The notes under the pieces were generated by a model. The model ran no database searches and had not been told where the DNA came from. It saw only the letters and a program-made list of their open reading frames with translations. From Podarcis melisellensis (Eukaryota), in NCBI GenBank assembly GCA_964234715.1, contig OZ174278.1: a stretch of DNA of 64,000 nt, one strand, 5' to 3'. The position numbers were made by a program, and so were the translations under genes. Of the stretch, positions 13,541-23,959 are shown in pieces (position 1 is the first letter of the stretch; every line of letters begins with the position of its first letter).

Positions 13541-14000
13541 GCTTCCGGTTCCGGTCGCGGCTTGGAAAGGAGCGCGGAGAACCAGCTCTTGATTCTTCGG
13601 GCGCTGCGGAGGTTTGGTGAGCCGCTAGGGCGCAGCGAACCCGGAAAAAACCCTAAGGGGGGTTCCCTGGGGTGACAGGCTCCCGGCAGCGTGGAAGCGG
13701 TCGCGTCACCTCCCTGTTCCGACGGGTTGAGAAGACGGAGACCGCCAGCGCAATTGGGAAAGTTCCGACTCCGCAGCGCGACGCCTCAAGCTCCTGCCAG
13801 GAGAGGCGACGGGCTTCCTAGAGAGAAGAAAGGCATCCACAGTGTGCTGTAGCGTTTATACAGAAACGCATTTCTCTTGAAAGTGTAAAGCTGGTAGCGG
13901 AGCTGTGTGCTGCCCGGTATTTTTTTAAGAAGTGTGTTTTGGGAGTTCACTCGGCGTTGGAACTAAGATGGCGCAGCTGGAAGTCGGCGGCATGAGGTGG
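13541..14000 (+). promoter_or_regulatory. L1 internal promoter / CpG-rich region
   Basis: Dense CpG against depleted flanks; ETS-like cttccggttccgg at the 5' end; YY1-like AAGATGGCG at 13965-13973. Confidence 0.7.
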
Positions 14001-15064
14001 CTCCCTGTAAAGTCTGCTCGAGTGAGTGAACTTTAAGTTGTGAAACGTGAAGTGAGGTATATTTGCCTATAAGAATTTATAAGAACTATAAAGAACTATA
14101 AAACCATAAAATCATAAAACCATAAAACAACAAGGACGCTAGAGACGTTCGAGAGTTTGGAGCATTAACGGCTGGCGGAGAGTAACCAAGCAGCGGCGGG
14201 ATAATAATTAGCTCCTTTGTGTTGTTTACGCCGTTTGAGCTGCTTGTCCCCTTTCTGACTCTGCTCTTGTGGTTGCTCTTAGCTGCTGTATTTTGGATTT
14301 TAAACGGTGCAAATTGTTTTCCACTTTTATATTTTTTTGTAGCGGATTTAGCGAACTCTATGGGTGGTTTTTTCTTCTTTTTTTCCTTTCTTTTGCCGCC
14401 CTTGAAAGGATCATAGTACAGCTCCGGGGAAGTTTGAGGAGCGGGCGGATTATTTTATGAGAAAGACGGCGGAAAGGAGGAAAGAGAGGTCCAGAGTCGG
14501 GAGTCGGGAGACCTTCCCCCCCTCGTCACTCTCCATCTCCCCCACGCCTCTGCCACCTCCCTCTGTTTGGAGGACTCTCTCCCAGCGATTGGGATTGGAA
14601 CAGAAAGTGGAGAATACAACTTTAAGGCTTCGGGTGGAGAACATAACTTTAAGGCTTGATCGCAATTAGAAATTCCCACTGCCTTGTGACTCAGTGCTAG
14701 TGGGGGAAAGTGGACCGGCGAGAAGGACCTAAATGATAGCGCCGGGACCCAAGGCGGAACTACTCCACATCTCCTGTACCCCCTCTCGGCACCCACCTCT
14801 GAATTTGGACCTTGGAACTTTGGCATAGACTTTGGCATAGAACCCGGCTCCGGGGTGTGTGGAGATTTGTATTTGGATAACCATTGAGGAGACTGGCTAT
14901 ATTTGGACGGTGAAAACTGCTCTATTTTTGCTTTATCTCTCTGCTTTATTGCTACCCGGTTTTCGCTTATAATTGTTGATACCCGTTGAAATTTAAGGAG
15001 GGGAGCTAAGGGGGGGAGGAAGTAGGGGTGGGAGGGGGGAAATTCCGGTGAGGAGGAATTGGGA

Positions 15065-16106
15065 ATGGCGGGGAAAGACGGAAAGGATGGGAGGAAGGGA
15101 GGGGGGACTCCGGGGGAGAGGAAGTGGTCCCGTCAGGAAGAAATTAAGGATTTAGACAACTTATGGGCGAGAATAAAGGAGGAATTTAAACAGAATATAC
15201 TATGTATGGAAAATAAGTTAGGAGAGGTGCAAGAGAGAATTGACAAAAAGATAGAAGGAGCAGTTGGAGAACTCTCAGCCAAAATTCAAGATCTTTCTGT
15301 TAAATCCAGAATAATTGAGGAATCTAATAAAAAGCTACAGAAAGAGATGAGGGACCAGAAGAAAGAGACAACGAAGATGAAAGAAGAGTTAAGAGAATTA
15401 AACAGCTCGCAAGATAGGATTTGGGACAACTTAGCAATGGCAGACATGCGACAAAAGCAGCTACATCTGAAATTCAGGGGAGCGAAATGAAGACATTAGA
15501 GGAAAAATGACTAGAGAACTCTCTAAATGGTTAGATATAAGAGAGGAAGAGATGGCTCTTTCCATAGAGAATGTCTTCAGGATGTCAAGACCTAAAAATT
15601 TTAGAACTAACAAATTCTTGGGAGACTGTTTAGTGATTCTTAACTCAGTGGAAATGAAAAACCTAATCTTAAGGAAGAGCTACCATAATAGACTTAGAAT
15701 TGATGGAAGACCCATTATTATATACAAAGAAATACCGGTCAGGTTATTACGTAAAAGAGAGGGATATAAACAGGTGGTAGCCGCTCTGAAGAGAAATGGG
15801 GTACAATTTAGATGGGAGTTCCCGGAGGGGATTGCTTTCTATTATAAGGACAAAAAATTTAGATTGACGGATACACAGGAGGCTGAGAAATTCCTGAGAA
15901 GGTATGAGAAAGATTTAGGAAAGCCAGAGAATAGGCCTAGGAGCAGAGAGGAGGAGGAGGAGGAGGTGGGAGGAGGAAGAGAGGAGGAAGGACAGGAGGA
16001 AGAGGAGAAGACGGAGGAAACAGATGAGGAGGATGGTGAAGCCGTGGTGGGAGCGGGGACGACAGAGGAGGGGGAGCTCTCAGGTAACAGAGGCAGTAGA
16101 TTCTAG
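15065..16106 (+). pseudogene. L1 ORF1p (coiled coil, RRM, CTD), broken by one frameshift near 15485
   Basis: ATG at 15065; heptad-rich coiled coil; LKFRG then NEDIRGKM resumes in the next frame at 15486; IIIYKEIP..LRKR..Y and FRWEFPEG motifs; Glu-rich tail. Confidence 0.9.
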
Positions 16107-16145
16107 TTCGTGATTCAGAGAAACCGTAGCAGATAAAGGAAAACA

Positions 16146-19100
16146 ATAACACATACATTAAACTTTTTATCCTGGAATGTGAATGGGCTGAATGAGAAAG
16201 TTAAAAGGAATAAAATTGAGAGAGTGCTGAAAAACAAAAACTATGACGTAATTTGCTTCCAGGAAACTCATATTGCAAAGAAACATAAACATATCCTGAT
16301 GAATAAAAAATTGGGAGTAGAGTTTATCAACTCGGAAGTAAATAAAAAAAAAGGAGTAGTGATATATGTAAAAGAGAAGTGGGATCCCGTGCAAATCTGT
16401 AAAGATGAAGAAGGAAGAATTTTAGGGATTCAACTAAATTTCCGGGGGGAAAAAATTAATGTGGTGACGGTCTACGCCCCGAATAAAAACAGAGCAGAGT
16501 TTTTTGAGAAGCTTGAAGGAATTCTATTAGAACTAGATTCGCATAATTTAATCCTGCTTGGGGACATGAATGGTGTCCCAGTACCGGAGCTGGACAGGAG
16601 CGAAAAGAGAGGGAACTTAAACAGAGGGAAATTGCCGAAATCCTTTAACGATCTAGAGGAAAATTTAGATCTAATTGACGTTCGGAGGAACCAAAACCCT
16701 ACCTCCAAACAATTCACTCATTATTCAGAACCCCATCAGAGTTGGGGTAGAATTGACCAGATTTGGATGACAAGAAACCTTGTTTTAAGGGTAAAGAGAT
16801 GCGAAATCCTACCCAGGACACTTTCTGATCACTGTGCGTTGACCATGGAAATTAAAAGTGGGTGTAAGGGACAATATAGGTGGAGGTTGAATGAAAACTT
16901 ATTGGATATTGATGAGGTGAGAGAAAAGGTTAAAGGCAGTTTGAAAGACTATTTTGATTTGAATTTAAGGGGGGAACCTACCATAGACATAGCATGGGAC
17001 GCCAGTAAGGCGGTTATGAGGGGTATCTTAATCCAACAAAACAAGTACAGGAGGAAATTAAAAGAGCAAAAGAAAGAAGAAATCCTCACACAACTGAGAA
17101 ATTATGAGAGGAAACTGACTATAAACCCAGCAGATGATGAGGCTATTCGCGCCTCTAAAGTGTTACAGGCCCAATATTCAGCTATATTAAATCAAGAATT
17201 AGACTGGAGAATTAAATATATGAAGCAGAGGTATTTTGAATCGGCAAATAAAATGGGAAAATTACTCGCGTGGCAGTTGAGAAAAAGAAAGAAGCAAAAT
17301 GTGATAAGCAAAATAATAACGGAAGATAACATCATAGAAGACCCAGATGAAATAGAAAAAAGGTTCGTTCAGTTTTTTGAAAAGTTGTATGAGAGAGGAT
17401 TGGAAGACAGTTCAGAAATTGAAAGTTACCTGGAGCAGGATAGAGGAAAATGTATAGCGGAAGAAGACAGAATAGAATTAAACCAAGAGATTACAGTAAA
17501 TGAAGTTAAGGAGGCTATAAATAGGATGAAAAACGGAAAGGCCCCTGGGCCGGATGGTCTGTCCTCAAAATACTATAAAATATTAGGGGAACTCCTTGCT
17601 CCGGTGCTTAGAGATCTAATTAATAATATTCTCCAGGGAGGGAGAATTCCCGGTTCCTGGAAGGAGGCATACATAACTTTGGTTCCAAAATCAGAAACTG
17701 AGAAAACAGACATAAAAAACTATAGGCCAATCTCTCTGCTCAATAACGATTATAAGATCTTTGCCGATATCATGGCAAGCAGACTTAAGAAGTTATTAAC
17801 GAAATACATACATAAAGATCAAGCGGGATTCCTCCCGAATCGATATCAGAAAGATAATGTTCGCCATATATTAAATATTATCGAATATTTAGACACAAGG
17901 ATAGACATTCCAGCAGCACTAATTTTTATAGATGCCGAAAAGGCATTCGATAACGTTTCCTGGGAATTCTTATCAAGATGTTTGGAAAAGGCAGGTATAG
18001 AAGGCCCCTACTTGAAAGGTATCAAAGCAATATATTCGGAACAACAGGCTATGCTGATTATAAATAACAATTTGTCTAAACCATTTAAGATCGGGAAAGG
18101 TACAAGGCAGGGCTGTCCCCTATCTCCCCTGTTATTTATAATGGTTTTGGAAGTTATTGCAAATAGGATAAGAGATGCAGTGGGAGTGAAGGGGATAAAA
18201 ATCGGAGAGAAAGAATTCAAATTAAAGGCATATGCTGACGACCTAGTCATATCCCTGGAAGAACCAATGGACAGCACATGTAAGGTAATAGAATTATTGG
18301 AGGAATTCGGCAGATTGTCAGGATTTAGATTGAATAGGAAGAAAACAAAAATTTTAACAAAGAATCTGGCCAATGAGGATAAAGCCCAACTAGAACAAAA
18401 GACTGGAATAAAAACTGTGAATAAGGTGAAATATTTGGGAATTTGGCTTTCCCCGAAAAATATAAATTTGGTTGAAGATAATTATGACAAGATTTGGCAG
18501 GAAATTAAAAAAGATTTGGACACCTGGCACAGGCTGAAGCTTTCGTGGACAGGGAGGATGGCGGCGATCAAAATGTGTATTCTTCCAAGGTTACTGTTCT
18601 TGTTCCAAAATATCCCAATAATTAGAGGTACCACCCGTTTCGGGAACTGGCAAAAAATTTTGTCTGAGTTTATTTGGCAGGGGAAGAGAGCCAGGATAAA
18701 ATTTAAATATTTGACAGACGCAAGAGAGAGAGGTGGTTTTGCGGTACCGAATATAAGGTTATATCATGAGGCAGCCTGTTTAAGTTGGGTAAAAGAATGG
18801 GCCACCCTTAAAAATACTGATTTATTGGATTTGGAGGGTTTCGATATTAGGTTTGGGTGGCACGCCTATTTGTGGCAGGAGAAAGGCAAGGTTCACAGAG
18901 GGTTTTCTAGTCATATAATTAGAGGGGCACTATTGGAGGTGTGGAATAGATATAAAAAACTGTTGGAAGAAGGGACCCCTTGGTGGCTATCCCCAGTGGA
19001 TATTATTAAAATTAAAAAGTTAAACATGACGGGGGAAAGGTGGACCTATGAGGACCTTTTAATTAAGACAGAAGAAGGTTGGAAGGTGAAGACATATGAC

Positions 19101-19904
19101 GAGGTGAAAGATAAGATAAAAGAATGGTTTCACTTCCATCAGATTAATGCACTGTGGACTGAGCATAAGAAATTGGGGATGAGGGATAAAAAATCAAGAT
19201 TTCAGGTGGAAATCCTAGAGAGTAATGAAAAACACCTTTCCAAATTATACAAACAACTACTGGAATGGGACACAAGAGAGGATGTGGTGAAGGGTGTGAT
19301 GGTAAAGTGGGATAAAGACCTTGGACACAATATAGATTATAATAAATGGCAGACACTTTGGAGGAAGGGTATGAAATTCACAGCGTGTGCAACCCTCTGG
19401 GAAAATCTAGAGAAAATGATGTACCGCTGGTACCTGACCCCAGCAAAGTTAGGAAAGATGTATAAAACTGTCGATAGTAATTGCTGGAGATGCAAAGACA
19501 AGATTGGGACCTTTTTTCACTTATGGTGGACCTGTGAGGTAGTGAAGGAATTCTGGGGTAAGATATATGACGAACTGAAAAAAATCTTAAAGTACAACTT
19601 CCCCAAAGCACCCGAGTTGTTTCTTCTGGGTATGATTGGTGAGGAAATAAAAAAACCAGATCAAATCTTTTTCCAGTACGCGATAGCCGCTGCGAGGATC
19701 TTAATTGCACAAAATTGGAAATCCCCTGATAGTCCCACGATTGGAGAGTGGCAAGTGAAATTATTCCAATATATAGAATTAGCGAGACTAACACAGAAAA
19801 TAAGGCAAAATAGTACAACGAAACTTAAAGATGAATGGAAGAAATTTTTAATTTATGTTGAGAATAATATGGGTATTGGCAACACAACAGCAGATGACAA
19901 TTAA
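16146..19904 (+). CDS. L1 ORF2p (APE endonuclease, reverse transcriptase, CCHC); start codon uncertain
   Basis: Frame open from 16137; SWNVNG, FQETH, YAPN, GDMN, RID, SDH; KAPGPDG, YRPISLLN, DAEKAFD, GTRQGCPLSP, YADD, KYLG; CWRC..H..WTC. Confidence 0.95.
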   Translation: MTHTLNFLSWNVNGLNEKVKRNKIERVLKNKNYDVICFQETHIAKKHKHILMNKKLGVEFINSEVNKKKGVVIYVKEKWDPVQICKDEEGRILGIQLNFRGEKINVVTVYAPNKNRAEFFEKLEGILLELDSHNLILLGDMNGVPVPELDRSEKRGNLNRGKLPKSFNDLEENLDLIDVRRNQNPTSKQFTHYSEPHQSWGRIDQIWMTRNLVLRVKRCEILPRTLSDHCALTMEIKSGCKGQYRWRLNENLLDIDEVREKVKGSLKDYFDLNLRGEPTIDIAWDASKAVMRGILIQQNKYRRKLKEQKKEEILTQLRNYERKLTINPADDEAIRASKVLQAQYSAILNQELDWRIKYMKQRYFESANKMGKLLAWQLRKRKKQNVISKIITEDNIIEDPDEIEKRFVQFFEKLYERGLEDSSEIESYLEQDRGKCIAEEDRIELNQEITVNEVKEAINRMKNGKAPGPDGLSSKYYKILGELLAPVLRDLINNILQGGRIPGSWKEAYITLVPKSETEKTDIKNYRPISLLNNDYKIFADIMASRLKKLLTKYIHKDQAGFLPNRYQKDNVRHILNIIEYLDTRIDIPAALIFIDAEKAFDNVSWEFLSRCLEKAGIEGPYLKGIKAIYSEQQAMLIINNNLSKPFKIGKGTRQGCPLSPLLFIMVLEVIANRIRDAVGVKGIKIGEKEFKLKAYADDLVISLEEPMDSTCKVIELLEEFGRLSGFRLNRKKTKILTKNLANEDKAQLEQKTGIKTVNKVKYLGIWLSPKNINLVEDNYDKIWQEIKKDLDTWHRLKLSWTGRMAAIKMCILPRLLFLFQNIPIIRGTTRFGNWQKILSEFIWQGKRARIKFKYLTDARERGGFAVPNIRLYHEAACLSWVKEWATLKNTDLLDLEGFDIRFGWHAYLWQEKGKVHRGFSSHIIRGALLEVWNRYKKLLEEGTPWWLSPVDIIKIKKLNMTGERWTYEDLLIKTEEGWKVKTYDEVKDKIKEWFHFHQINALWTEHKKLGMRDKKSRFQVEILESNEKHLSKLYKQLLEWDTREDVVKGVMVKWDKDLGHNIDYNKWQTLWRKGMKFTACATLWENLEKMMYRWYLTPAKLGKMYKTVDSNCWRCKDKIGTFFHLWWTCEVVKEFWGKIYDELKKILKYNFPKAPELFLLGMIGEEIKKPDQIFFQYAIAAARILIAQNWKSPDSPTIGEWQVKLFQYIELARLTQKIRQNSTTKLKDEWKKFLIYVENNMGIGNTTADDN

Positions 19905-21198
19905 TACCTCCGATGTAAAATACTAATGTAAGTTCTACTGTAAAGATCATATAATGGTTATGTAATTCCTAGACCAAGTTGAACGGAAGTTTGTCTTTTA
20001 TTGTTTCTTTTTCTTTCTCTCCTCTTTTTTTCTTTTTTTCCTTTGATTGTGTTTCCTTTCTTCTTTCCTTTTTCTTTTTTCACTTTTTAATTGTATATGC
20101 TTGATGTCTAATGTGAATCTTTTTTCCAATAAAATAAAAAAATTATATAAAAAAAATATATTTTATTGGGGGTGGCTGAAGGGACCTCGGCCCCTAGGAG
20201 TTGGCTTCTATAATTATAAGATTGTGGAACCTTCAGCATTTTACTCCTGCCCCTTTGGCAGCCATTCATTTATACAGGATAATATAAAAGGGTGCCCTCA
20301 GAGATATTATTGAGTTATGTTTTTCACATAGGGAAAGAGAAACACTTTTGCTCCACACTAGCCGTCCCTGTATATTGTCTCCCTGCTTATTTAACTTATA
20401 TGCAGAATTCATCATGCGAAAGGCTGGGCTAGATGAATCCCAAGACGGAATTAAGATTGCCGGAAGAAATATCAACAACCTCAGATATGCAGATGACACA
20501 ACCTTGATGGCAGAAAGTGAGGAGGAATTAAAGAACCATTTAATGAGGGTGAAAGAGGAGAGCGCAAAATATGGTCTAAAGCTCAACATCAAAAAAAAAC
20601 AAAGATCATGGCCACTGGTCCCATCACCTCCTGGCAAATAGAAGGGGAAGAAATGGAGGCAGTGAGAGATTTTACTTTCTTGGGCTCCATGATCACTGCA
20701 GATGGTGACAGCAGTCACAAAATTAAAAGACGCCTGCTCCTTGTGAGAAAGGCAATGACAATCCTAGACAGCATCTTAAAAAACAGAGACATCACCTTGC
20801 CAACAAAGGTCCGTATAGTTAAAGCCATGGTTTTCCCAGGAGTGATGTATGGAAGTGAGAGCTGGACCATAAAGAAGGCTGATCGCCAAAGAATTGATGC
20901 TTTTGAATTATGGTGCTGGAGGAGACTCTTGAGAGTCCCATGGACTGCAAGAAGATCAAACGTATCCATTCTTAAGGAAATCAGCCCTGAGTGCTCACTC
21001 GAAGGACAGATCATGAAGCTGAGGCTCCAATACTTTGGCCACCTCATGAGAAGAGAAGACTCCCTGGAAAAGACCCTGATGTTGGGAAAGATGGAGGGCA
21101 CAAGGAGAAGGAGACGACAGAGGACGAGGTGGTTGGACAGTGTTCTTGAAGCTATAAACATGAGTCTGACCAAACTGCGGGAGGCAGTGGAAGACAGA

Positions 21199-21888
21199 TG
21201 TGATGGCCTGGGATTCCGATTCCGAGGCTGAACCAGAGGAATCCCAGCCTGCACAGGAGTCCCCGCCTCCAGGGCCGGCTGAACTGGGGCAAGGCCTGGA
21301 TTCTGAGGAGCCTGCACCTGTGTCAGATCCTCAGGAGCAGGCACCAGGTGAAACCATTCTGGCCCCAGAGGTGCTTGAGGACTCAGTGTCTACAGGTGAG
21401 CCTCCTCCGGGGCCCAGTAACCCTTCGGCCTCTCCTGAACTGCAGAGGCTTAGGGCAGAGAGGCGAAGCGAACTGGTTGCTCCCAGGAGGAGTGCTCGCC
21501 TTAAGGCAAGAGGAGGCGGGGCTCCTGGGGGCCGGGACCGCCCCTGGCCTTAGAAGAAGATAAAGGTCAGTCAGCCCGGTCCCAGGTTGCGGGAGCAACG
21601 TCGTTGTTGGCTTCAGACCTTCCAGTGTTCCTGTTCTCTGCCCGGCCTCCTGCTTCTGACCTTCCAGCGTTCCTGTTCCCTGCTCGGCCTCCTGCTCCTG
21701 ACCTTCCAGCGTTCCTGTTCCCTGCCCGGCCTCCTGCTTCTGACCTTCCAGCGTTCCTGTTCCCGTCCGGCTCCTGCTTCTGACCTTCCAGCGTTCCTGT
21801 TCCCCGCCCGACTCCCTGTTTCGAACCTCGCCTCTCATCTTGTGAACTCTGACTACGATCACGGTACCTTCCCCCCGGGACCAGCACA
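21199..21888 (+). mobile_element. Solo LTR (probably Gypsy), 690 bp
   Basis: TG...CA ends; 5-bp TSD acaga (21194-21198) / acagg (21889-21893); removing it restores the BovB text gaagacaggagtgcctggcg. Confidence 0.9.
21612..21805. repeat. 39-bp minisatellite inside the LTR, about 5 copies
   Basis: Unit gaccttccagcgttcctgttccctgcccggcctcctgcttct-like; seen as the GTGTLEGQKQEAGQ repeats in the ORF track. Confidence 0.92.
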
Positions 21889-22639
21889 ACAGGAGTGCCT
21901 GGCGTGCTCTGGTCCATGGGGTCACGAAGAGTTGGACACGACTAAACGACTAAACAACAACAAAAGCTGTGCCACAGGTTGTGATGAAGCTACCCAGGGG
22001 GCCTACATTGCTGATCTTAACACTCAAGAGGCTCTGTAGGGAAGGAGACAGTGTTTCAGATATTTGGGACCCAAGTTGCTTGCAGAAACTAGACTGCTTC
22101 ATCTTCAGTACCTAAGTTGCTGTTGTTGTTTCTTCTAGCAGCAAAGTATAACATTTGTATTGGATCTGGAAAACTACAATGAGCCAGTGCAAAAAAATAA
22201 TAATAATAAATGACAGCCTGCCAGCGCAGGAGGAAATATGTGGTATTTCATCACAAGCCCCAAAGGGTTTAGCAGATGGAAGAAAAGATCACTTAAGTGT
22301 CAGGCAGTTATTGGTATGCATATACAATTAGAAAACAAACAAAACAATTGCAACCATAAAATAAGAATAATTTTAATCATTACATACCATGAATTCCTAT
22401 CATTCAGAAGATCTGAAAGCAAAGAAAGGGCAGAAATCTATTTTTTTTTGCAAATTCTAGTCAAACAACAACAATTTCATTTCTAAATCGCATCCCACGA
22501 GGCACCCAAAAGCAATTTACAGTATAATGGCCTCTTAAATAAAATCTCTGGTTATATTAAGTCATCAAATTTCATTTCAATACTCTTAAGATTTTCTTAT
22601 ATTTATGGAAGATAAAGCTATCACTGGGTTCTAGCTATG

Positions 22640-22835
22640 ATAACTATGTTCTTCCTTCACTGTCGCAGACAGTATGCTTCTGAATGCCAGTTGCCAGAAA
22701 CTGAAGGAGGGGAGAAGGAAGTTGTCCCCAGGTCCAGCTTCTGGACTAGCAATCTGCTTGGTGACGGTACAAAAGAAAGATGGCTGAGATGGACTTTTGG
22801 CCTGTTCCAGTAGGTCTTTAGTCATGTTGTTATGT
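22640..22835 (-). mobile_element. Old SINE / L2-tail-type fragment
   Basis: Similar to 31650-31820 and, in reverse, to 45455-45640 (gctggactagctgagcctttgg..atccagcaaggctctt). Confidence 0.55.
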
Positions 22836-23707
22836 TAAAACAAAAAATCAGCATGTTGGTCATTGTAGACCTCTTTTAGAACTTCATGAGGGGAAAGGGA
22901 TACGAATGGAAAGCCCACAAGGAAAGGACAAGAATTATTGGCTATATTGCAGCAACCATTAACAATTGTTAGACCTCAGTGAAGAGTTCAGGCATGATTA
23001 AACACACATTTGTCTCTGAGAGCCCAGCATACAGTGGGACTTGTTTGAAATGAATCATTAAGTACAGTACTAAGAAGTTGATTTATTCCATGTGACAGAA
23101 CCTTGCTGTACACAGTGACTGGCCTCGCACATGAGATCACACTTGAAGACTTTCGTTTTCTTGCCCTCAGTGCAATCATAAAGCAGAAAGAAAGAAATAA
23201 CTTGTGGCTTTAATGCACCATGCACATTCATTGCATATGAACTTGTTTAATGCAGCAGGGACCAAAGAGGTTTCGTGGTTATGAAGAATGGCAAGATGTG
23301 TGTACAAATCAGAGCGAGCATATGGATGAAAAGAATTCCAAGAACTGAAAGGCTGCACAGAATACTAATATAAAGTTACCTTTTCATTTCTACAATTCAT
23401 GAAAGTGCAGGGAATGTGAGCAGCCTTTCTTTGGTCAGTCTTTACTCTATCCCTGAGTTTCAATGTTGTGATTTTTTTAATGACATTCTGAAATGTTAAA
23501 ATGTTATTAAGGTTGTGATTAAAAAGGGTGTGTTACAATAGCCTTTGTTCCATTAAGCATGAAGTGTGTATAACTGAATGAAATACAACAGTTTTCAAAG
23601 TGTATTAAAATTGAGATCTTTACTGCATTATAATTACCTGCCTGATTTCATCGATGATTTGGTTGTTGTTCTAAACTCTTTCACTGGAGATAAGCTATGT
23701 CCTATAT

Positions 23708-23959
23708 CATGGATAGGCAAACTAAGGCCTGGGTGCCGGATCCGGCCCAATCACCTGCTAAATCTGGCCTACGGACAGTCTGGGAATCAGCCTGTTTTTA
23801 CATGAGTAGAATGTGTCCTTTTATTTTAAGTAATGCATCTCTGGGTTATTTGAGGGGCATAGGAATTCACTCTTTTTCTCCCCAAAATATAGTCCGGCCC
23901 CCCACAAGGTGTGAGGGACAGTGGACCAGCCCCCTGCTGAAAAAGTTTGCTGACCCCTG
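23708..23959. mobile_element. hAT (Charlie-like) MITE
   Basis: Ends catggataggcaaact / agtttgctgacccctg; perfect 8-bp TSD tcctatat (23700-23707, 23960-23967). Confidence 0.9.

Larger units (their letters stand above)
13541..20157 (+). mobile_element. Full-length young L1 (LINE-1 clade), about 6.6 kb
   Basis: Perfect 15-bp TSD atattttattggggg (13526-13540 and 20158-20172), CpG-rich 5'UTR, ORF1, ORF2, pyrimidine-rich 3'UTR, AATAAA at 20128 and an A-rich tail. Confidence 0.97.
13392..20212. mobile_element. hAT-like MITE split by the L1 (halves 13392-13540 and 20158-20212)
   Basis: Ends cagggatgccaact / agttggcttctata; 8-bp TSD attataac (13384-13391) / attataag (20213-20220); the right end recurs inverted at 48538. 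Confidence 0.8.
20368..21965 (+). mobile_element. 5'-truncated RTE-BovB LINE, interrupted by a solo LTR
   Basis: CILSPCLFNLYAE, NNLRYADDTTLMAESEEELK, YGSESWT, IDAFELWCWRRLLRVPWTARRSN, LQYFGHLMRR; tail ggacacgactaaacgactaaacaacaacaa; +1 frameshift in the A9 run at 20591-20599. Confidence 0.96.

Noticed and set aside
16167-19818. Several minus-strand ORFs within L1 ORF2
   Set aside because: Antisense shadows with no independent signals
20266-21344. Minus-strand ORFs of 150 and 209 aa
   Set aside because: Antisense shadows of the BovB coding region
21612-21805. CRISPR-like regular repeats
   Set aside because: Head-to-tail tandem units with no unique spacers, vertebrate context, no cas genes
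21383-22039. Repetitive ORFs of 116-180 aa
   Set aside because: Produced by the 39-bp LTR minisatellite
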